Shown here: in pieces, positions 39,798 to 54,315 of the stretch
Layout: the number at the start of each line of letters is the position of its first letter
Numbering within the stretch: the first letter of the stretch is position 1
NCBI RefSeq assembly: GCF_009914755.1
Contig: NC_060925.1
Source: the human T2T-CHM13v2.0 reference genome, Homo sapiens
Reading direction: 5' to 3' (one strand)
Length of the DNA: 64,000 bases
Program-made: the position numbers and the translations under genes
The notes under the pieces: model-generated
What the model saw: only the letters and a program-made list of their open reading frames with translations
Databases searched by the model: none
What the model was told of the DNA's origin: nothing

Positions 39798-39976
39798 CAG
39801 GTCTTTGGACACAGTATGTGACCTGTTTCGTTATGCAGGTTCCTAGGCTTACCAGGGCCCGACACTTGGTTTAATGCTCTGCTGCCACAGTCTTGGAAAT
39901 GTCAGTAATTCTTGAAAAAAAGGCCCAGTGTTTTCATATTGCAGTATTTCATCCACACATTATACAGTGGGCCCTG
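39798..39976. mobile_element. MER45A-like (hAT-Tip100)
   Basis: cttggtttaatgctctgctgccacagtcttggaa...ttttcatattgca...ggccctg. Confidence 0.65.
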
Positions 39977-40344
39977 GTTCCAGTTATTTGAAAACAGAGT
40001 CAGAATTAGAACTGTTCATCCCCTCTCTTCGTACTCTCACTTCCATAGCCAAACATGGTTTCAAGTGAATCTCCTTACTCCTTAAAATAACTTTCCTCCT
40101 AATATTCAGTGTCTGGCTGCCTTACTCCGGATAGTATACAAGCATCTAATGCCATCTTTCTTAATTACATCAAGTAAATGGCAAAGAGGTGGAAAGGGAG
40201 ATGCTTTATTTACAGTTTCCTTGCTCTATATAGGAGGCATTTCCTTGCTCTATATAGGAGCCAACCCCTTTGGTTGTCGTTCATCATCAGCGCAAGCTCA
40301 GTGCAAAGTACACATCCACAAAAAGCTTTTAAAATTAAGGATCA

Positions 40345-40643
<299 letters not shown>

Positions 40644-41646
40644 TGCTAGTCTGACAGTAAATAGGAAAGTTTATTTTTTAGAAAACTAAAAGTTAATTTT
40701 TTTATATTTTTAAAGCATTGCTCTACATATACAAGATGGGTGGGGAAATAATAGTCAATAATACATGAAAGATATTCAATATCTGGGAAAGATATATATG
40801 TGTATATATAGTGTATTTATAGCTTTATGTATTATAGATTATATGTTATATAATGGTTTAGGGAGGGATAATACCTAATTACTCTTTTCAGATATAAATC
40901 TTTCCTCCTTCCCACTTGGTATCGATTGTTTTTTACATTTTACATTCTGAATGAAGATGCTTCTCTTCTTCTTTGGCTGTTCTCTGTCCATTTTGAGTAA
41001 ATTACAGCCCCAACTATTACTAAGCTGAAGAGTTTTCCAAGTAAACATTTGCCAAATCTTTTAAAAAGAACTCTTTTCTCAGAGGGAACAAATGTGTGAA
41101 GCTGCCCTGACCTCAGCTAAGAATCTGAGGCACCTTGCTCCTGAAATAATTCAGAAGCACCTGGAGATTTTGTGTTTGCTTTTTGCACTGTTGACTGGTG
41201 GATACACCTCAGCCTCAGCACATGGGCCAGCTTGGGCCGCTAAGTCATTGGAAGTTTTCAAAATTTTCTTCATAAAGTAAAAATTTTCTCAAAAATGTTC
41301 TCTAAATTTTATGTCACTCAAGAAATGAATGCCCCATATTCTCTTCCCTCTTACACGTAGAACAAGTATTTTTCTTTACAGCTTCATGCCTCCTAGATAT
41401 TAATTTGCTTGACAATCCTTGAATAGACTGGTGAACAAATTTATCACCAATTATTAATTGTTGACCACCTAATGTGCCGAGCATAATCAAAACCACAGAA
41501 GTACTTGACATTAGTTATGCAGATAAGGCAACCGGGTGCTCTCTTAACTAATGGTCAAGAATGAGGGCTCTGAGGTTACGAATTAATCATTTATTATCTG
41601 TGTTACTTTAGGCAAATTTATCAGTTTTTCTGAGTCTCAGGGTTTT

Positions 41647-41700
41647 TATCTATCTGTGTATCTATCTATGTATCTATGTATCTATGCATCTATGTATCTG

Positions 41701-41746
<46 letters not shown>
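41647..41746. repeat. Compound (TATC/TATG)n + (TCTA)11 STR
   Basis: Perfect TCTA x11 at 41701-41744. Confidence 0.95.
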
Positions 41747-41912
41747 AAAATAGTGCATTGGTTTGCTAGGGCTGCTATAACAATAGACCATAATTCTGGA
41801 GACTAGAAGTCCAAGATCAAGGTGTCAGCAGGTTTGGTTTCTTCTGAGTCCTATCTTCTTGTTTTTGTTTTTAAGGATTGCCACTTTTTCACTGTGTCCA
41901 CACATGGTGAAC

Positions 41913-43670
41913 TGTTCCCCACCATCCTGAAGCAGCTGGCTTGATAGAATAGTGGAATGGCCTTTTGAAGACTCAGTTTCAGCAACATCTGAGGGGTGGT
42001 ACCTTGCCCGGCTGGGTCAATATTCTGCAAGAGGCTGTACATACTCTAAATTAGTGTGCAATATATCATGTTGTTTCTTCCACAGCAGACACTCAAATGT
42101 CCAGGAATCAAGGGGTAGAAATGGGAGCAGCACCATTTATAACCAACTAGCAAAATATATGCTTTCTGTTCCTGTAACCTTGTGCTCTGCTTGCCTAGAG
42201 GTCTCAGTTCCAAATGGGGGAATGCTTCCACCAGGACAGATAACAATGATCCCATTGAACCAGCAGTTAAGACTACCACCCAACCACTTTAGGCTACTCA
42301 TGCCTCTGAATCAATAGGCAAATACAGGAGTTACTGTGTTAGCTGGGGTGATTGATCCTAACTATTATACCAAGGAGAAATTGGACTGACACTAAGTAAG
42401 AGTCCGTCCAATACAAGAGATCCCTTAGGGTTTCTCCTAGTATTACTATACCTTAATCAATATATTACTATACATTGATTAAGATCAATGGAAAAATAAC
42501 CCAATCCAGATAGAACTGCTAATGGCCCAGACCCTTCAGGAATGAAGGTTTGGGTCACCCCGCCAGGGAAGGAACTATGACCAGCTGAGGTGCTAGAATG
42601 CAGAATGGGCAGTGAAATAAGGTAATTATAGATCTCAGCTATGACCATGTGACCAGTTACAGAACTATGTACTGTAATTGTCATGAGTATTTCTTCCTTA
42701 TTTTGTTATCAATATGTTTGTTTGTATATATGCACATACATATGTATGTATTTATATATATAATATATAGTATCTTTGTTTTCTTCCCTTTTTTCCCCTT
42801 ATGTGATATAAGATGTATTGACTTCATGTCATAGTATTAAGTATTGTTGACTTCATATCATAATATTTAAATTACAAGATATCAAGAAGAGTAAACATCA
42901 TGTAAGGACTTCACATCCTTTTCTGGGAAAAGAGTTAGTGCATTTTCAGTTGTACACAGGACAGTTGTGTTATGCTAGATGGAAGTATGACCTTGTTATT
43001 GTCTTTATTGGAGATTAAAGTACAGTAGCCCCCTTATCTGTGGCAGATACGTTCCAGCACCCCCAGTGGATGCCTGAAACTGAGGATAATCCCAAACCTA
43101 TAAATAGTATGCATGAATTTCTTTTCACTTCTTCACAATTTCACAGATAGAACATGCATTTTCACTGTAGATCTTAACAACCTCAGCATATGTTTTTTTT
43201 TCTTTCCTTATTAAGTCAAGAACTTCTACTTTTTCACTTAAAGGAAGTACTTTATAACTTCTCTTTGGCATACCCAAATTGCGAGTATCACTACTTTTGC
43301 GCCTTGGGACCACTATTAAGTAAAATAAGGGTTACTTGAACACAAGCACTGTAAACCATGACAGTCTATTTGATAACCAAGTTAGCTACTAAGTGGCTAA
43401 TGGGCAGAGAGAATAGACAGTGGACATGCTGGACAAAGGGAGGATTCACGTCTCGGGGTCAGAGTGGGATGGTGTGAGATTTCAGCACACTACTCGGAAC
43501 AGTGTTCAATTTAAAACTTATGAATTGATTATTTCTGTAATTTTAATTTGATATTTTAGGACCATGGTTGACTTGAGTAGCTGAAACCAAGGAAATCAAA
43601 ACAATGAGTCTGGGGGGATTACTGTATGGTTAAAGATGTGTGTGGGCACCAAGTTCACATGGAGTGGACT
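41913..43670 (+). mobile_element. ERV-L internal remnant (integrase C-terminus, dUTPase, PPT)
   Basis: HHPEAAGLIE*WNGLLKTQ (integrase) and CSACLEVSVPNGGMLPPGQITMIPLN...LRLPPNHF.LLMPLNQ*A..GVTVLAGVIDP (dUTPase), with stops and frameshifts. Confidence 0.85.
43023..43624. mobile_element. MER44/Tigger7-derived element
   Basis: TA target on both sides and TIRs cagtagcccccttatc / ggggggattactg. Minus-strand ORF 43125-43313 resembles a Tigger transposase N-terminus. Confidence 0.85.
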
Positions 43671-44397
43671 TGTGATGATTAATTTTATGTGTCTACTTGG
43701 CTGAGCTATGGTGCCCAGAGAGTTGGTCAAATGTTATTCAGAATGTTTTTGGATGGCATTTACATTTAAGTGCATGACCTTTGAATAAAATATATTGTTT
43801 TTGGTGATGCAGGCCTGGATAGAACAAAAGACTGACTTGACCTGGGCAAGAGGAAATTCTGCCAGCAGACTGCCTTGGACCTTCATCTGCAACATTGCCT
43901 CTTTCCTAGGTCTCAAGCCTGCTGGCCCACCCTGCAGATTTTTTTTTTTTTTTGGCAGCCTTCATAATCTTGAGAGCCTTCAAATAAATCTCCTTGACTT
44001 ACAATGGGGTTATATCCTGATAAGCCCATCATAAGTTGAAATATCCTATGTCAAAAATGTATTTATTACACCTAACCTACTGAAGAGATATCTTAGTCTA
44101 GCGTACCTTAAATGCTCTGAGAACACTTACCTCAGCCCACAGTTAGGCAAAGTCATCTAACATAAAGCCTATTATATAATATAATATTAAATAGCTCATA
44201 TAAATTATTGAATATTGTACTGAAAGTGAAAAACAGAATAGTGCATGGCTGCACGAAGTATGGTTTCTAATGAATACCTATTGCTTTTACACCATCATAA
44301 AGTTGAAAAACCCTAAATCAAACCATTGTAAGCCAGGCACCATCTGTATATAAAATCCCATTGGTTCTGTTTCTCTGGAGAACTCTTAACTACTACA
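43671..44397 (+). mobile_element. MLT2 (MLT2D-like) ERVL 3' LTR, split by MER47A
   Basis: tgtgatgattaattttatgtgtc... ending ttggttctgtttctctggagaactcttaactactaca. Confidence 0.85.
43986..44346 (+). mobile_element. MER47A (Tigger5 MITE)
   Basis: ctccttgacttacaatggggtta...accattgtaagccaggcaccatctg followed by TA. Confidence 0.85.
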
Positions 44398-45070
44398 ATG
44401 CCTCATAGTCTGTGTGTTGTCTGAGTCCTAATCTCCTCTTCTTATAAGCATGTTGGTCATATTGGATTAGAGATCACCTATATGAGTTCATTTTACCTAA
44501 CTCATTTTTTTAAAGACCCAACTCCAAATACAGTCACATTCTGAGGTACTGAGGTTGGAAATTCAACATATGAATTTTGAGGGGGATGTAATTCAGCCCA
44601 TAACAAATAGCGTGATAATAGTGCCTCAGAGAGCTCTGAAGTGAGAATTAAATACGTTAATACATGTCAAGTACTAAATACAATGCCTGGCACACAGCAA
44701 CAGAAATACAATCACTAGAATTTTTTTTCCACAATAACCTTTTGCGTTCACTAAAATTTTTATGAAAAACTTAATTTGCGTGGCTAATGAGTGTTGGAAT
44801 TGTGGGGCTCTGTATATCTCAACATTTCCTGGGTTAAGTTAACATAGTAAATTGAGGTATCCCTTTTCTCCTTAGGCAAATCCATAGCAGTGATGAGTAC
44901 TGGTGATCATTTTTGCAAAATATTCTCAAAATATGTCTCAAGAAAGTCAGAATTAGACCATTGTTTTGGAGTTTTGTTTCTAATCTATAATGAACTAAGA
45001 AAGTCCAAATGAATTTATTCATAACACATGTAAAATATATTTTTAAGTAAATAAGAGCAACCAATTGAGT

Positions 45071-45570
45071 CATTTATTTAAGAAATACTTATGTACTTAT
45101 TGAATGATACTATGTGCCAGGCACTATTATACACTGGGAGGAGCCAGTGGTGAAGAAAATGACAAAGTCTGCTCTCTTGGAGCTTATATTCTAGTGGAAA
45201 GAGATCTAGAGTAAACAAACGGGCAAGTATTTAATATGATGGCAACAAGTACAGTGAAGAAAACTGTATCAAGGCAAGGGGTTAGAGAGTGGGGCAGCTA
45301 TATGACACAGGGTAGTCAGTGACTGTCTCTTTGAGAAGACAATGATATATATGAAGTAGTGATGAAGCCAGTCTTGCGGGTACAGAGGAAGGAATATCTC
45401 AGGAGAGGGAGCAGTAAATACAAATACCCTAAGCCAACATTAAACATGGTGTCTTCAAGAACAACAGGGAAGCCAGGATGATTGGAGCAATGTGAATGAG
45501 GGAGGGGAAGAGTGCTGGGGATGATATCAGAGTGGTCACAGGTAACAGATCGTGTGATATATCCTCTGCC
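45071..45570 (-). mobile_element. L2a fragment
   Basis: ttattgaatgatactatgtgccaggcactatt...ggagcttatattctagtgg. Confidence 0.75.
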
Positions 45571-46900
45571 TTTCTGCACAAATTATGTTAAATCATTTTT
45601 AAATTGAAAATTTTAAAAGTTTGCTTATGTTCAAATCTTCAAAGTGATCATGCTAACATATTATCGTGTATTTATGACTTTGAAAAGATATGATATACAT
45701 GGAAGCAGCCTACCCATTGAGACTATTCCAAACATTGTAGCTATTATTTTTATTTAAAATGTATATTAATCTCCATAATTCACAGTTTATGATTTATGTA
45801 CTATTTGATTCAATAATAAACAGTATGTTTTGAGTATGTGTGCCAGTCACTCTCATTGGTGATGGAGTTAATGTTGAAAAAGATGAACCTCTCTGCTCAC
45901 AGGCAGTCACCAGCAAGTACCTTTCTACCAAGTGTGGGCACAGGGATATTAACACTATAATAGCACTTAGAAGAAAACCTAGGTATCAGATTATTAAAAT
46001 CTGAGAAATTTAAATAAAATGGTTTTATTTGATTTTGCATTCCTGGTTTGTATTCTCATTATATTTGGAAAGATTTATTCTAATAGTTATTTTACACCTG
46101 GCTATTAGATACTATTGTGATATTTAGTCTAGAGCAAATATGGATATATAGTTCCAAGAATCAAATGCATTTTATATTCCTTTCTGTGTCCTTCTTTTAG
46201 GATGATGTAAATACTCTTGTCCTTGATGAGGATTACTGTACAATCGTGGAAATATTAACAATCAGATAGAACAACTTTATTACAGATTTGGCACAGTTAA
46301 TTTATTCCTTTTAGCATTCAGAAATCCTTCATAAAAGTAGATAACAAAGAGTCTAATGTATAATCTTGTTGTGAGTGGGTGGTTATGCATTGAGATATCT
46401 GACACCCAGTTGTTAGAAGATCAGAAAAATGCAAAACCCAACTGAAAATTTAATTGTGTTTTCTTGTCACATGTGGCTCAGCAGAAAAAGGGAGGCACAC
46501 TGTGCAGGGAACACTCTTTCTGAAAGCTGAGAGCCATTCATTTTGCACCATGTCCAAACAAATCTTATGGAGAAGAATAAATTTGTTTATATCATGCTCA
46601 CCTTCATTCAATAATTTAATAATTCATTCACTCAAAGTTCTTTAAACAGAAATAAGAGAAACATAATTTATATAAGTGATTACTATTCCAACATACATTG
46701 ACTCTAGTTCTAGTACAGGAAGTAAAGAGACACTTGACTGAATTAATTCAGTGATTCTCACTTTTCTCTTTTACCATTTCATTCTCTCCTATTACACTGC
46801 TACATTGAGTTTTCAGGAGCTGTTACCAACAAGCCACATGGCTCCCAGCCCTTCTTTGAATCCAGCTTGTTTGAGGAAAAAGAGGATGTGAAGAGGGTAA

Positions 46901-47273
<373 letters not shown>

Positions 47274-47574
47274 TAGACTGGCATTGAAGCTCCATTGACA
47301 CTATATTTTCAAGCCCACAGTCCTTTGAGAAACCTGTGACCCCAGATAAATATGAAAGAGAAGTTTGTAATAATATGGTGTTGATTTCATTATGATGTGT
47401 TTACAATACTTCACACTTGATGTGTGACAATTTTTTCCACGGCTGCCTCAATAACTTTGTAATCTATAAAAATGTCATTTCCCCCCATTGTGAATCTAGA
47501 GTAAAATAAGGGTCTACCAGACAACAATGCTCTTCCAGGTAAAGAAACATAGGAGATGAGCAATGCTATTTTAT

Positions 47575-47780
47575 TGTGACAATGGATAATATTTTTTGAC
47601 AGATACTGGGTTAAGCACCTTACATGTGATTATTCCTTCTCAGTATTATGAAACTGGAACAATTATTGTATTTATTCACATAAGGAAAGTAAGCCTTGGA
47701 GAAGTGAAATAGCTCATACAATTTCACAAAACAATCAGTGTGATTCACACCTAAGTCAGTGCTCTCAACCATGCCCCTAA
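47575..47780 (-). mobile_element. MIR SINE
   Basis: cacataaggaaagtaagccttggagaagtgaaatagct. Confidence 0.55.
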
Positions 47781-49689
47781 GTTCCCTTCCCCAGTCTAAG
47801 AAATCAAGAATTTATTTTGGAAGCATCAGTCACTTTATGTTTCTCTGAAACATTAGATCTACAGTGATGGGAAGCAGTGGAGCTTTCTCAGCGAAGTCCC
47901 TTGGAAGATAGAAAGAGTGCCAGCCACACTATGTAGAGGCAGAAAGAAGCACTGCGTGCTGCCAGCGACAGCCAGCCTCCCTCACCTTTAGAAACCCTGT
48001 TGAACCTCAGGGAAGGGGAACTATCAGTGTCCACAAATTTGGTGATCTACCTGGTAAGTCTTTGAGAACTGCTAACAATCAGTCTGTTTGGGTGGACTTT
48101 TATCCTGTGTTCATGTGAAGTCGCTTCACTTCCTAGAATATCTGCAAAATTAGGGAATATGAGCTGGCTGTTGAACTATTTTCTAACTCTAAAGTTAATT
48201 GGATCTATGAGATATCACATTTGGATAGTCATTTACCCTCACCTTTACCTCAGCCCTCATTTTATATCATGATATTTCTTTTCTAATGCTCAGTCCGGCC
48301 TGCATTCTTCTTTCTTAGCAAAATCATTCAGAGTTAGGAAAGAAACTAAACTAGTGAATGTGCAATTGTCAACTCAGCTTTAAACTACAAGATTTCAAAG
48401 AAACTATACTATTCTTCCCAGTTAAGCTTTGTCTAAATCTCTTAATCCCCCAAATAACATCCTAAGCAAAAACCTCCGTTCTTACTTTTAGGAAGAAGTT
48501 TTAAGCAGGTCTATTGGTAACTGTAACGCTTACTGACTTTTCAGTGACAAGAAGTGCTGAGGTATACCTTGTAAATCTAGCATGAATATACTAATCTATT
48601 TATTGAATGCCATTTGAGGTTTCTGTTTAAGCTTTTCAGTGGTCCTTGGGTAAAGATTGGGCCAGTTTCTTGCTGGTGTGTGTTTAATTTAGTTATAACA
48701 GGTGTTCTATTTATTGTGTAAATGGGATAATTCTAAGTTCTCGCTGTGATTTCCTCTCATTTACTATTATGTCTATAATACATGCCATGGACAATTTGCA
48801 AGTACCCAGCATCATTTCTCTAATGACATACACACCTTAGATTTAAGGAGATTAATACTATTGTAACTTCAAAGTCCTTTGATGAAAAACAGCATAATTA
48901 TGGGATAAAAAATATTCACAAATGTTTTCTTAGTTCTTTCTAGTACCCTTAGCACCCAGCATGAGACTACTATTCCAGATTCATGTTATAGCTCCACATA
49001 CAGCCAATTCAACCATTTTTGAATAAGCAATCTGCCAGTTTCATACTATGTAATGATCCAACCAATTTAACTGAATTTTCAGGGATTTTGAACAACCAAG
49101 CAGTCAATTCAGGCCAAATAGCTCATTTTACCTGCAGGTATAGTCTAAGCAACTGATTTGAAGGTTTATAAGTTAGTAAGTTTTCTCCACACAAAAATTA
49201 TGTGTTATTAGAAAATATTGCCATTGCTTTACTGTGCTTTTAAAAAATATTCAAATATTTTTCTAAAATTAAGTTTGCAGAGAAGTATCCTAAATTTCAA
49301 AAAAGAATAAAATGTAAAACCAATAGTTTCTGAATTTATCTCTATAGTCTATTGAGAACAGCTTTAAGTTGGCAATGAAAAATCAAAATTAATATCTAGT
49401 GCTTTAATAAACATAGCTACTCAAGAATAATATTAAAATATTAATTTTAAAAGGCAATTTTTCAAAAGATAAAGTGAGAAATATTTATTCAAAGCAATGC
49501 TCCTTAACAACAACAACAAAAAACAATTCTGGTTGAAGCCATCATTTTTTTTGTTTTGTTTTTGTTTTGAGGTTTTCTTATGTGAAGTATTTTACAAAGG
49601 AAGATTTGGGTCTATATGGTTGGTTAGACGTAACAGTTGCTATGGGAATATTTTATTCATTATTTAGAATTCTGAGACTTACGAAGTTA

Positions 49690-51655
49690 TCATTTAGAAG
49701 AAAAATGAATGCACTTAGGGACATACACTTCACCCAACCTGAAAAATAAACAAATTGACAAAATATATGAAACAAAAGTTATCAAAACACTAGCATCAAG
49801 CAATGTAGGACAATGATCTCTGAGAGACAGGGGAAAATGATGTGAGCCCTGTTATTTCCCTATCTTATTGCCTTCAAGAGTGTTTCAGGACATAGTATAG
49901 GGATGCAGAATCTAGGCAGAGCCGGGCCAATTCTCTGAGTTGAAGAGACAGAGCTGAGAGTATGTGGGATAGTCTGCTGGAGAAGAGAGAGCTTCACAGA
50001 GAGAGAACTCCAGAGGTCAACAGCAAGCCCCTCCATGTCTTTAGCAGAGTGCTACTGAGTGCCCATGTATGAGGAGACCACCCAAGGACAGAGGAAAAAA
50101 CTGACTAAATAGCCTAAAAGTGACATTGCCTAGAAGTGACTCAAGGCTGGACATATCACCCATTCCCACCGGCCAAACTGGAAAAATCTCATGTTTCATG
50201 GAACACTGGGTAAAGCACACTGACCTGTCTTCAATAGTAGGAAATAATTAAGCTAAAACACCTTTCCAGTCACGCATAACAAACCTTAAAAGGAAGCTCC
50301 AACAGTATCCAAATAAATTACTCATGTATCAAGAACAAAGCTCAAGAATATCTATAGGAATCCAAAAACATTTAACATCCAACAAAGTAAAGTTTGCAAT
50401 GTCAGGAATTCAATAAAATATTATAAACTGGCAAGATAGTACAAAAATATGATTTATAATGAGAGGAAATATCAACTGAAAACCACAACTGACTTAGACA
50501 TTACAATTAGCAAATAAAGACATAAAACAGTTATATAACTATTATATATGTTCAAATATTAAGTATAGAAATGGAATTTATAAGAAAGACAAAAATGGAA
50601 TTTCTAGAAAGGAAAACTAAAATGTGTGAGGGGAATGATATATTGGATGGGATTAATGACAAATGCAACATTGCAGATGTAAATATTGGTAAACATGATG
50701 ACATGAAAATAAAAACCATCAAGATAAAACACAAAAATAAAGGATAATATTTTTTAAAAAAATGAATGGACTATATAGATATGAGACAATTTCAAGTGGT
50801 CTAACATGCTTGTAAGTAAGTGGCCAAAGCAAGGAGAGAGACAGAAAAAATATTGAAGAAAGTAAGTTTGAAAATTTTCAAATTTGATGAAAACAGTAAA
50901 CTCACAGATCCAAGAATCACAATGAACCCCAAATTCAAGAAACATGAAGACAATTATAACAAACACAGTTCATCATAATCCAATTAATTGGGTTTTTTAA
51001 TTAAAAATTTTTTTTTTGAGTCACCCTTTTTTTTTTTCTCTCTGTCACCCAGGCTAAAGTTCAGTGGCACAACCATAGCTCACTGCTGCCTCAAACTCCT
51101 GGGCTCAGGTAATTCTCCCACTTCAGCCTACTAAGTAGCTAGGACTACATAGATATGCTACCACACCTGGCTAATTTTAAAATTTTTTTGTATAAACCCA
51201 GTCTCACTGTGTTGTCCAGACTGATCTTGAACTCCTGGCCCCAGGTGATCCTGCCTCCTCAGCCTCCCAAAGCACTGAAATTCCAGGTGTCATCCACCAA
51301 ACCAAGCCTATAATCCAATTGTAAAAACCAATGATAAACAGAAAATTTAAAAATATATCATTAATTTATATCCTCCCCAAACTCAATAAAAGAGAAACAA
51401 TTTGCTTATTAAATATAGTCAAAAGATTTGAATAGATACTTCACCAAATAAAATATACCTTTATGGCAAATAAGAAATGAAATAATAAACAATTCTGTTA
51501 GTTATTTAAAAATGCAAATTAAAACCACAATTAAATAACACCGCATACCTATTACAATGGATTAAACTAAAGACAGAACATATCAAGTGCTGACAAAAAA
51601 ATGGAGGAACTGAACCCTCATATACTGCTAGTGAGAATAGAAAATAGTATAATTA
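49690..51655 (+). mobile_element. Old L1M element (5' region, ORF1 remnant, late ORF2 fragment)
   Basis: gaaaattttcaaatttgatgaaaacagtaaactcacagatccaagaa (ORF1) and aaatgcaaattaaaaccacaa (ORF2 end). Confidence 0.75.
50986..51308 (-). mobile_element. AluJ inside the L1M
   Basis: ctcaaactcctgggctcagg, with TSD ataatccaatt (50975-50985, 51310-51320). Confidence 0.9.
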
Positions 51656-52787
51656 GGGGTGGAGCCAAGATGGTCTACTAGAAACAGTTGTGTTCAGAGG
51701 CAACCATAAAAAAAAACCCATAATAAGCATGTGAATCCTTCACCAGCAACCAAAGAATCCAGATTCTCTCATCAGAACTGACTAGGAGGCTGACGTGACC
51801 CATGAAGAGAAGGAAGAACAGTGTGGTGCAGTGGCCCACCTGAGAGCCACATGGGATCGGGGAGCCCCTCTCCACAGTCAAGGGAAGTGGTGAGTGAGCA
51901 TGCTACCCAGGCAGGGAAACCGTACTTTTTCCATGGAACTTTGCAACCCATGGATTGAAAGATCCCACTCACAAACCCACACCACCGGGGCCTGGCATCC
52001 CAACCCTGGAACGCGCAGACTCTTAGCCTCTCAGCTGGAATTTGCTCAAGCCTACTAAACTCTCAGGGAGAGGGGCAACCAGCATCGCTGGACTGTGGCT
52101 GCCTGCCGTCTAAGCCATTTGAGCTCCTTGGGGGAGGGGCAGCCACCAGCACTGGGACTTGCAACTGCCTAAGCTCCCTGGGCGGGGGAAGGGCAGCAAC
52201 CATCTCTATAGTCCCAGACTGTGATTTTCGCCTGCTGGAGCCAGGGAGGCTGGATGGCTTGGTCCTAAGACTTGTCCCCCACAGCCTAACACACCAGTTG
52301 TGGCAGTCTGTGGCCAGAGTGCCTCTTCGGGCCTGACCCTGACCCATCCTTCCTCGTTGGATGGGGCTTCCCTGCAGGAACTCCAATAACTCCAGCCAGA
52401 GGCTCAGGGACAGAACCTGGATCCCCCTGGGCATTAGCCCCTAGTGGGAGCGGTGGCTGCAGTCTCTGCGGACCAGCAGACTTAGCCTTTCCTCCTGGTA
52501 GTTCTGAGGAATCTGGGCAGCCCAGATGAGTGGGTTTTCCCTCAGCGAGGAATACACCAGAAGCCATCCTACTGGCATCAGGTTGGTGCCCGTTAAGGTC
52601 AGAGGTCCCAGAACAAAGAGGAGGCACCCATCTTTGCTGTTCTCCAGCTTCCTTGGGTGACATCTCCAGGCTCTGGAGTGAATCAGATGAATACGGCCTG
52701 AAGTGAACCCCCAGAAAACTGCAGCAGCCCTACAGAAGAGGGACCTGATCATTGAAAGAAAAACAAATGAGCAGAAAGCAACAACAG

Positions 52788-52826
52788 CATCATCATCATC
52801 ATCATCATCATCAACAACAACAACAA
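52788..52826. repeat. (CAT)8(CAA)5 compound trinucleotide repeat
   Basis: Seen directly, in the L1 5'UTR. Confidence 0.95.
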
Positions 52827-52893
52827 ATCCCCCACAAAAACCCCATCCAAGGGTCAGCAGCCTCAAAGACTGAAACTAGACAAACTCACGAAG

Positions 52894-54252
<1,359 letters not shown>

Positions 54253-54315
54253 AGACCAATGACACTATGAAGAAACTGCATCAACTAGCGTGCAAAATAA
54301 CCAAATAGCATCATG

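Larger units (their letters stand above)
41754..44605 (-). mobile_element. MLT1A0-like LTR split by ERVL (halves ~41754-41910 and 44398-44605)
   Basis: Perfect TSD AATAG (41749-41753, 44606-44610). Ends tgcattggtttgctagggctgc / attcagcccataaca. Confidence 0.85.
41549..44700 (+). mobile_element. MIR split by an STR and a nested LTR cluster
   Basis: 5' half at 41549-41650 (ctgagtctcagggtttttatc) and 3' half at 44611-44700 (gagaattaaatacgttaatacatgtcaag...atgcctggcacacag). Confidence 0.65.

Noticed and set aside
52063-52866. Chain of 120-140-aa antisense ORFs in the L1 5'UTR (ORF0-like?)
   Set aside because: Overlapping frames in GC-rich sequence, with no resemblance I can see to ORF0.
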